25,170 nt of DNA from Candidatus Eiseniibacteriota bacterium (GTDB lineage: Bacteria; Eisenbacteria; RBG-16-71-46; DASYSL01). The notes beneath the pieces are model-generated. The model was not told where the DNA came from. It saw only the letters and a program-made list of their open reading frames with translations, and did not search any database. Below, piece after piece: positions 9,339 to 15,203 of this stretch (positions are counted from its first letter, which is position 1; each line of letters opens with the position of its first letter). Both the position numbers and the translations under genes were made by a program. The stretch lies in NCBI GenBank assembly GCA_046598045.1, contig JBKJJJ010000007.1:1-25170 (forward strand). The letters run 5' to 3'.

Positions 9339-10192
9339 GCGAGGAGCCCCTCGTCCGGGTCTCGTGCGTGCGGCATGTCTACGCCGACCGCACGCAGGTG
9401 CACCTGTGCGGCCTGGACTTCGTGGTGCAGCGCGGGCAGCGCGTGGTGATCCTCGGGCCGAACGGCAGCGGCAAGTCCACGCTGCTCTACCACATTCTCG
9501 GCCTGCTCGAGCCGAACGAGGGCGACGTGTCCGTGTTCGGCGTCAACCCGGCGCGCTCGTTCAACAAGATCCGGGAGCGCGTGGGCGTGGTGCTGCAAAA
9601 CGTCGACGAGCAGATCCTCGCGCCCACGGTGTGGGACGACGTGTCGTTCTCGCCCCGCAATTACGGCTATCCCGAGCCCGAGGTCGACCGCATGGTCGAC
9701 GCCGTGCTCGAGGAGGTCGGCATCAAGCACCTGCGCGACAAGGTCTGCCACACGCTCTCGGGCGGCGAGAAGCGCAAGGTCGCGCTCGCGGGCGCACTCG
9801 TGCTCAAGCCCGAGTTGCTGGTCATGGACGAGCCGTTCGAGGGGCTCGATCCGCGCTCCAAGAGCGACCTGTCGGACCTGCTCAAGGAGCTGCACGCGAA
9901 GAACGGCATGACCATGGTGACCGCGACCCACGACGTGCACGCGGTGCCCGACCTGGCCGACGTGGTGTACGTCCTGGTCGCGGGCGGCGAGATCAGCGCG
10001 CGCGGCAGCGTCGAGGAGATCTTCGCCGACGCCGCGCGGCTCAAGGCATCGAACATCGAGCCGCCGCAGATCGTGGAGCTGTTCCAGCGCCTCGCCGAGG
10101 AGGGTCTCGCGCTCGGGCGGCCGAGTTCGGTCGAGGACGCCGTGGTCCTGCTCAAGGCCGCGCTCGCCGCGCGCGGCCGCGAATCGGCCTGA
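9335..10192 (+). CDS. ECF transporter ATPase, CbiO/EcfA family
   Basis: ATGA overlap; Walker A GPNGSGKS, QNVDEQ, LSGGEK, MDEP, THD. Confidence 0.93.
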   Translation: MSEEPLVRVSCVRHVYADRTQVHLCGLDFVVQRGQRVVILGPNGSGKSTLLYHILGLLEPNEGDVSVFGVNPARSFNKIRERVGVVLQNVDEQILAPTVWDDVSFSPRNYGYPEPEVDRMVDAVLEEVGIKHLRDKVCHTLSGGEKRKVALAGALVLKPELLVMDEPFEGLDPRSKSDLSDLLKELHAKNGMTMVTATHDVHAVPDLADVVYVLVAGGEISARGSVEEIFADAARLKASNIEPPQIVELFQRLAEEGLALGRPSSVEDAVVLLKAALAARGRESA

Positions 10193-10203
10193 CCGGCCCC
10201 GCG

Positions 10204-11523
10204 ATGGACCTGTTCGGATCGGGGGAGCTCAAGCCGCCGCTCGCCGAACGCATGCGCCCGCGGTCGGTCGACGAATTCGTCGGGCAGGCCGCGCTGCTCG
10301 CCCCGGGGCGCCCGCTGCGCGACGCGATCGAGAAGGGCGCTCCGGGTTCGATGATCTTCTGGGGACCGCCCGGCACCGGCAAGACCACGCTCGCCCGCCT
10401 GATCGCGCGCCACGCCAAGCACGAGTTCGTGAGCTTCAGCGGCGTGTCCGACGGCGTGCCCCGGATCCGCGAGATCATGGCCCAGGCCGAGGAACGCCGG
10501 AAGGGCGGCCGCGGCACGATCCTGTTCGTCGACGAGATCCACCGCCTGAACAAGGCGCAGCAGGATGCGTTCCTACCGCACGCCGAGCGCGGCACGGTGA
10601 CGCTCATCGGCGCCACCACCGAGAACCCCTCGTTCGAGGTCAACGGCGCACTGCTCTCGCGCACGCGCGTGTTCGTGCTCGAGCCGCTCACCCCGGCCGA
10701 CCTCGAGACCGTGCTCACGCGCGCGCTCGGGGACGGGGAACGCGGGCTGGGTGCGCTCCACCTCGTCGCCCTCCCGGAGGCGATCGCGCGCATCGCGCTC
10801 GAAGCGGACGGCGACGCGCGGCGCGCGCTCACCGCGCTCGAGGCCGCGGCGGATCATGCGGGCCAGGGCGGGACGATCACGGTGGCGGTTGCTCAGGACG
10901 CGCTCCAACGCCGCTTTGCGCGCTATGACAAAGCGGGCGAGGAGCACTTCAACCACATCTCGGCGTATCACAAGGCGCTGCGCGGCAGCGATCCCCAGGG
11001 CGCGCTCTACTGGCTCGCGCGCATGATCGCCGGCGGCGAGGACCCGCTCTACGTCGCGCGGCGGACGATCCGCTTCGCGGCCGAGGACGTCGGGCTCGCG
11101 GACCCACAAGCGCTCGGGATCGCGCTCGCGGCCCGCGACGCGTATCACATGCTCGGCAGCCCCGAGGGCGAGCTCGCGCTCGCCGAGGCTGCGATCTATC
11201 TCGCGACCTGTCCGAAGTCGAACCGCGTGTACGAGGCGTGGGGCGCGGCGCTCGAGGCCGCGAAGGCGACGCCCGCGGCGCCCGTGCCGCTCCACGTGAG
11301 GAATGCGCCGACCGGTTTGATGAAGGACATGGGGTACGGAAAGGACTATCGTTATGCGCACGCCGAGCCCGAGGCCTACGCCCCGCAGGAGTATCTTCCC
11401 GAGGAGCTGCGCGGCCGGGAGTTCTACCGACCGTCGGATTTCGGCGCGGAGAAGCCGATCGGCGAACGCATGAAGCATTGGGAAGAACTGAAGCGCAAGG
11501 GGAGAGAGGGCACCACGCCATGA
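10204..11523 (+). CDS. rarA: Replication-associated recombination protein A (RarA/MgsA AAA+ ATPase)
   Basis: PLAERMRP, GPPGTGKTT, DEIHR, GATTENPSF, EDVGLADP, PKSN. Confidence 0.96.
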   Translation: MDLFGSGELKPPLAERMRPRSVDEFVGQAALLAPGRPLRDAIEKGAPGSMIFWGPPGTGKTTLARLIARHAKHEFVSFSGVSDGVPRIREIMAQAEERRKGGRGTILFVDEIHRLNKAQQDAFLPHAERGTVTLIGATTENPSFEVNGALLSRTRVFVLEPLTPADLETVLTRALGDGERGLGALHLVALPEAIARIALEADGDARRALTALEAAADHAGQGGTITVAVAQDALQRRFARYDKAGEEHFNHISAYHKALRGSDPQGALYWLARMIAGGEDPLYVARRTIRFAAEDVGLADPQALGIALAARDAYHMLGSPEGELALAEAAIYLATCPKSNRVYEAWGAALEAAKATPAAPVPLHVRNAPTGLMKDMGYGKDYRYAHAEPEAYAPQEYLPEELRGREFYRPSDFGAEKPIGERMKHWEELKRKGREGTTP

Positions 11524-13217
11524 TCCGACGCATCGCGAGCATGCTGCTGACCGCGACCCTCGTGCTCGCCTCGCCCGCACTCGCCCAGTGGCCCGAGAGC
11601 GGAGCGCTCGTGTGCGGCAGCGCGCGGAACGAGCGCGGAGTCCGTTGCGTCGCCGACGGCCTCGGCCGCTTCTGGGTCGGCTGGGGCGAAAGCTCGCCCG
11701 CCGACACCACGATCGGGGGTGTGCGCCTGACCCGCTGGAACGAGGGCGGACAGGTGGTCGAAGGATTCGATCCGTGCGGGATCGCGCTCGGGGACACGGC
11801 GTCACGCACTTCCACCGACTTCGCGCTCGCCGGCGACGAGGGAGCCGGCGTGTACGTCGCGTGGTCGGAACGGCGCGGCCAGGCAGCGCGCATCGTGTGC
11901 CAGCATCTCGACACAGCCGGTGACCCTGCACCGGGCTGGCCGGCAGCGGGACTCGAGCTCGCGGATTCGACGGTCAGTCCGCGCGATCCCCGTGCGATCG
12001 CCGACGGATCAGGGGGCGTGTACGTGACCTGGTTCGAGGAGCGCACTCCACCCTACACGGGCACGGCATCGCCGCTTCGCGGCCTCAGGATTTCCGCCAA
12101 CGGTACGCTCCAGGTGGGATGGCCGGCGGGAGGGAGGTTGCTGCTCCTGCATGCCACGCCCGGCTGGCCGATCGAGTCGGACGGCCAGGGAGGCCTGCTC
12201 GTCTCCAGCATGGGTTACTCCAGCGGATCCTACTCGGGGATCATCTTGATCCGTTTTCGGTCCGACGGCGCGATTGCGGACGGATGGAACCCGACGGGGA
12301 ACTACGTCACGCACGCGAACAGCGACTGGATCCTCGTCTCCGACGGGGCCGGGGGCGCCTACGTCCGCTGGTGGGACGCGACGCTGCGCCTGCAACACCT
12401 GACGGAGTTCGGCGGCACCTCTCCCGGATGGCCGGCCGGGGGTCTTGTGCCCGCCTCGAGCGTAAGCGACCCCGGAGCCCTGCTGCTCGACGCGGGAGGC
12501 GGGGTCTACCTGGCGACCACCAGGTTCGTTTCCGGAGCGAACGACCTGTTCCTGCAGCGCTTCGGCGCCGACGCGCAACCCGCGGCCGGCTGGCCCGTCG
12601 GCGGATACCGGGTGACGTTCGACGGCGACTTCGAGCAGACGACCCTGATGACGACGGACGGCGACGGCGGTGCGTATCTCCTCTGGACCACCGGCAATTC
12701 TCTCAAGGCGCAAAGGCGGCTCCCGAACGGGACGTTCCCGGCGGGCTGGCCATCCGGCGGAGTGCTGCTCGCGAGCGGGATCGATGGTCTCGCCTTTCCC
12801 CGCAGCGTGCCGGCGAGCGCGGGCACGATGCTGGCGTCCTGGGCGACCGCTTCCGCGTCGGGCGAGGATCGCGACAGCAGGATTCTGCTCGTCCGGGGCG
12901 ACGGTCTGGTGGGCACGACGGTCGAAGCCGGCGCGCCGCCCGCTTCGAGGCTCGCTCTCTCGGCCGTGCCGAACCCGGCTGTGGGCGCGACACGGCTCGG
13001 GTTCGACCTTCCCGCCGCGTCGGACGTCGAGCTCTCGGTGTTCGACCTCGCGGGACGAATGGTGTGGGCGAGGCACGAGCGCGGGATGCCCGCGGGCGCT
13101 GCGCAGTGGGCCTGGTCCGGCCGCGACGCGCGCGGCGTCGAGGTGCCCAGGGGCCTGTACTTCGCGCGCCTCCTGACGAACCGTGGGGAATCCCGCCTTT
13201 CCCTCGTGCGTCTCTGA
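11520..13217 (+). CDS. Secreted repeat protein (DGxGG/GWP repeats) with C-terminal FlgD-Ig/T9SS-sorting-like domain
   Basis: ATGA overlap with rarA; signal peptide ending ALA-QW; 7-8 imperfect repeats; C-terminal PNP...VFDLAGR...WSGRD..G..V..GLYFARL. Confidence 0.8.
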   Translation: MIRRIASMLLTATLVLASPALAQWPESGALVCGSARNERGVRCVADGLGRFWVGWGESSPADTTIGGVRLTRWNEGGQVVEGFDPCGIALGDTASRTSTDFALAGDEGAGVYVAWSERRGQAARIVCQHLDTAGDPAPGWPAAGLELADSTVSPRDPRAIADGSGGVYVTWFEERTPPYTGTASPLRGLRISANGTLQVGWPAGGRLLLLHATPGWPIESDGQGGLLVSSMGYSSGSYSGIILIRFRSDGAIADGWNPTGNYVTHANSDWILVSDGAGGAYVRWWDATLRLQHLTEFGGTSPGWPAGGLVPASSVSDPGALLLDAGGGVYLATTRFVSGANDLFLQRFGADAQPAAGWPVGGYRVTFDGDFEQTTLMTTDGDGGAYLLWTTGNSLKAQRRLPNGTFPAGWPSGGVLLASGIDGLAFPRSVPASAGTMLASWATASASGEDRDSRILLVRGDGLVGTTVEAGAPPASRLALSAVPNPAVGATRLGFDLPAASDVELSVFDLAGRMVWARHERGMPAGAAQWAWSGRDARGVEVPRGLYFARLLTNRGESRLSLVRL

Positions 13218-13229
13218 CGCGGGCGCGGC

Positions 13230-13259
13230 TTGACCGAACCCGCACCTCGGCCCTACCCT
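13230..13259 (+). promoter_or_regulatory. Putative sigma70-type promoter (TTGACC-N18-TACCCT)
   Basis: Near-consensus -35 and weak -10 in the only sizeable gap between the secreted gene and the GT2 gene. Confidence 0.45.
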
Positions 13260-13269
13260 TGATGGCATT

Positions 13270-13342
13270 CCGCAGGGGTCCGGGCTCCAGCCCGGGGCCG
13301 GGTCAGCCCTCGCCGGCTCCCCAGCCCCCTGCGGTTTTCTTC
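13270..13342 (+). ncRNA. Candidate structured RNA or terminator-like element (closing stem, two hairpins, U-rich tail)
   Basis: CCGCAGGGG (13270-78) pairs with CCCCTGCGG (13326-34); internal CCGGGC/GCCCGG and GGCCGG/CCGGCT; followed by TTTTCTTC. Confidence 0.45.
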
Positions 13343-13393
13343 ATTCCTGCCGATAACTCCGGGGAAGCTGCGCCCCCCGAACCCGGAGACTGC

Positions 13394-14134
13394 GTGATTT
13401 CGTTCGTGATTCCCGCCCATGACGAGGAGCGACTGCTCGGCGCGACCCTGTCCGCCCTTTCCGCGGCCGCGGCCGGGCTGACCGAGCCGTGGGAGATCGT
13501 CGTGGTCGACGATGCGTCCCACGACCGCACGGGGGAGATCGCGCGTCACCACGGCGCCCGCGTCGTGCGCGTCGAGCACCGGCACATCGCGGCCACGCGC
13601 AATGCCGGCGCGCGCGCCGCGCGCGGTGAACGCCTCGTCTTCGTCGACGCCGACACGCTGGTCACGAGGGCCGTGGTCGAGGCTGCAATCCACGCGTTCG
13701 ACCAGGGCTGCGTGGGCGGGGGGGCGCACGTGCGCTTCGACGGGCGGCTCCCCGCGTATGCGGCGCCGACGCTGGTCGCCTTGAGCTGGCTGATGCGCCA
13801 CGGACGCCTCGCGGCGGGCTGCTTCCTGTTCTGCACGCGCGCCGCGTTCGAGCGCGCGGGCGGTTTCGACGAGTCCGTGTTCGTGGCGGAGGAGATCCTC
13901 CTGAGCCGCGCGCTCGGGCGGCAGGGGCGATTCGTCGTGGTCGAGGAGACGGTCGTGTCCTCCGGGCGGAAGCTCCGCGCCTACTCGCCGGCGGAGGTGG
14001 GCCGGATCCTGGCGGCGCTGGGCGTGCGGGGCCTGGCGGGCGTGCGCACGCGCGAGGGGCTCGACCTGTGGTACGGGCCGCGGCGCGAGGACCCGGAAGC
14101 GCCGTCGGCCGAAGATCGCTTGCGCAGCGCCTGA
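13394..14134 (+). CDS. Glycosyltransferase family 2 protein
   Basis: GTG 13394 with GGAG RBS; SFVIPAHDEE, VVVDDAS.D.T, RNAGA, FVDAD (DxD), GGFDE. Confidence 0.9.
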   Translation: MISFVIPAHDEERLLGATLSALSAAAAGLTEPWEIVVVDDASHDRTGEIARHHGARVVRVEHRHIAATRNAGARAARGERLVFVDADTLVTRAVVEAAIHAFDQGCVGGGAHVRFDGRLPAYAAPTLVALSWLMRHGRLAAGCFLFCTRAAFERAGGFDESVFVAEEILLSRALGRQGRFVVVEETVVSSGRKLRAYSPAEVGRILAALGVRGLAGVRTREGLDLWYGPRREDPEAPSAEDRLRSA

Positions 14135-14158
14135 GCGGGCCTGCTAGTCTCCCGGCCC

Positions 14159-15145
14159 ATGAGTGAATCCGCAACCAACCCCCCCATGAAGCGTCCGCGC
14201 ATTCCGACCTGGCTCTCGCTCGGCTTGCGCCTCGCGTTGGTCGTCGCCCTGTTCGCCTGGATCCTCAGGCGCGTCGACCTGGCCGAGTTCGCGCATACCG
14301 TGCAGCGCTCGAATCCGCTGTGGCTCGTCCTGGCCGCAGTCGCGATCGTGGCATCGCAGCTCACGGCCGGCTGGCGCTGGCACCGCCTGCTCAAGGCGGC
14401 GGGAGCGCGTTGGACGTTCGCTCAGAGTTTCGCGGTCTATGGCGCGGGGTTGTTCCTCGGGTTGTTCATCCCGACGGGCGTGGGCGGCGATGTCTACCGC
14501 GTGGCGCGGGTGCGCGGCAGCGGCGCGGGGCTCGCGCGCGGGGCGGCGACGATCCTGCTCGAGCGCGCGATCGGCCTGCTCGCGCTGCTGCTGCTCGGCA
14601 CCGGGTTCGTCTACGCGCACCCGGGCACGCGCACGTGGGCCGTGCCGCTCGCGATCGGCTCCGTGGTCGGACTCGGTGGCCTCGCGACGCTGTGGATCCC
14701 GGGCGGGCCGGACGCCGTGGCGCGCATGCTCGACCGCTTTCCGGGCCGCGGGATGGGCGACCGCCTGCGCGCCGCGTTCCCCGCCGACGCGATGGGCAAG
14801 CTCCACGGCGCGATCCCGGGCACGCTGCTGCTCTCGCTGCTCAACCACGGCTGGCTGCTGACGGTCAACGTGCTGCTCGCGCTGGGGCTCGCGCTGCCCG
14901 CAACCTGGACCTCCGTGTGCGCGGCCGTGCCGCTCGTCCTGCTCGCGGCCCAGATCCCGATCACGCCGGGCGGCGCGGGTGTACGCGAGGCGGCATACGT
15001 CTACTTCTTCGCGCGCATCGGCGTGGGGGAGGCGCCCGCGCTGGCGCTGGCGCTCGGGTGGTTCGCGCTGCTCGTGTTCGTCAGCCTGCTGGGGGCGCTC
15101 GGCTTTCTGTTCGAGCGCACGGCAGCGGAGCCCGGGGCGGCGTAA
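14159..15145 (+). CDS. UPF0104 / lysylphosphatidylglycerol-synthase TM (flippase-like) membrane protein
   Basis: WRW, GGDVYR, LLER and PITPGGAGVRE motifs; alternative ATG at 14186. Confidence 0.88.
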   Translation: MSESATNPPMKRPRIPTWLSLGLRLALVVALFAWILRRVDLAEFAHTVQRSNPLWLVLAAVAIVASQLTAGWRWHRLLKAAGARWTFAQSFAVYGAGLFLGLFIPTGVGGDVYRVARVRGSGAGLARGAATILLERAIGLLALLLLGTGFVYAHPGTRTWAVPLAIGSVVGLGGLATLWIPGGPDAVARMLDRFPGRGMGDRLRAAFPADAMGKLHGAIPGTLLLSLLNHGWLLTVNVLLALGLALPATWTSVCAAVPLVLLAAQIPITPGGAGVREAAYVYFFARIGVGEAPALALALGWFALLVFVSLLGALGFLFERTAAEPGAA

Positions 15146-15178
15146 ACGAAGGCGGGCGGAGCCGAAGCCCCGCCCGCC
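15146..15178 (-). terminator. Intrinsic terminator hairpin for the M16 peptidase gene, probably bidirectional
   Basis: Minus strand reads GGCGGGCGGGGC-TTCG-GCTCCGCCCGCC then TTCGTTT: a C(UUCG)G tetraloop between convergent genes. Confidence 0.8.
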
Positions 15179-15203
15179 CCTTGCCACTCCTGCGATCCGG
15201 GAC

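Noticed and set aside
9199..10203. Apparent N-terminal extensions or fusions in the ORF track (rarA 774 aa, also mrdA, rodA, pdxS, pdxT, nrnA and GT2)
   Set aside because: They are stop-free alternative frames overlapping the upstream gene; family homology starts at the downstream start codons
13261..13342. Resemblance to SRP RNA (GGTCAG), ykkC (CAGGGGTCCG) or fluoride riboswitch (GATGG) fragments
   Set aside because: The other required conserved elements of each family are missing; kept only as an unclassified structure
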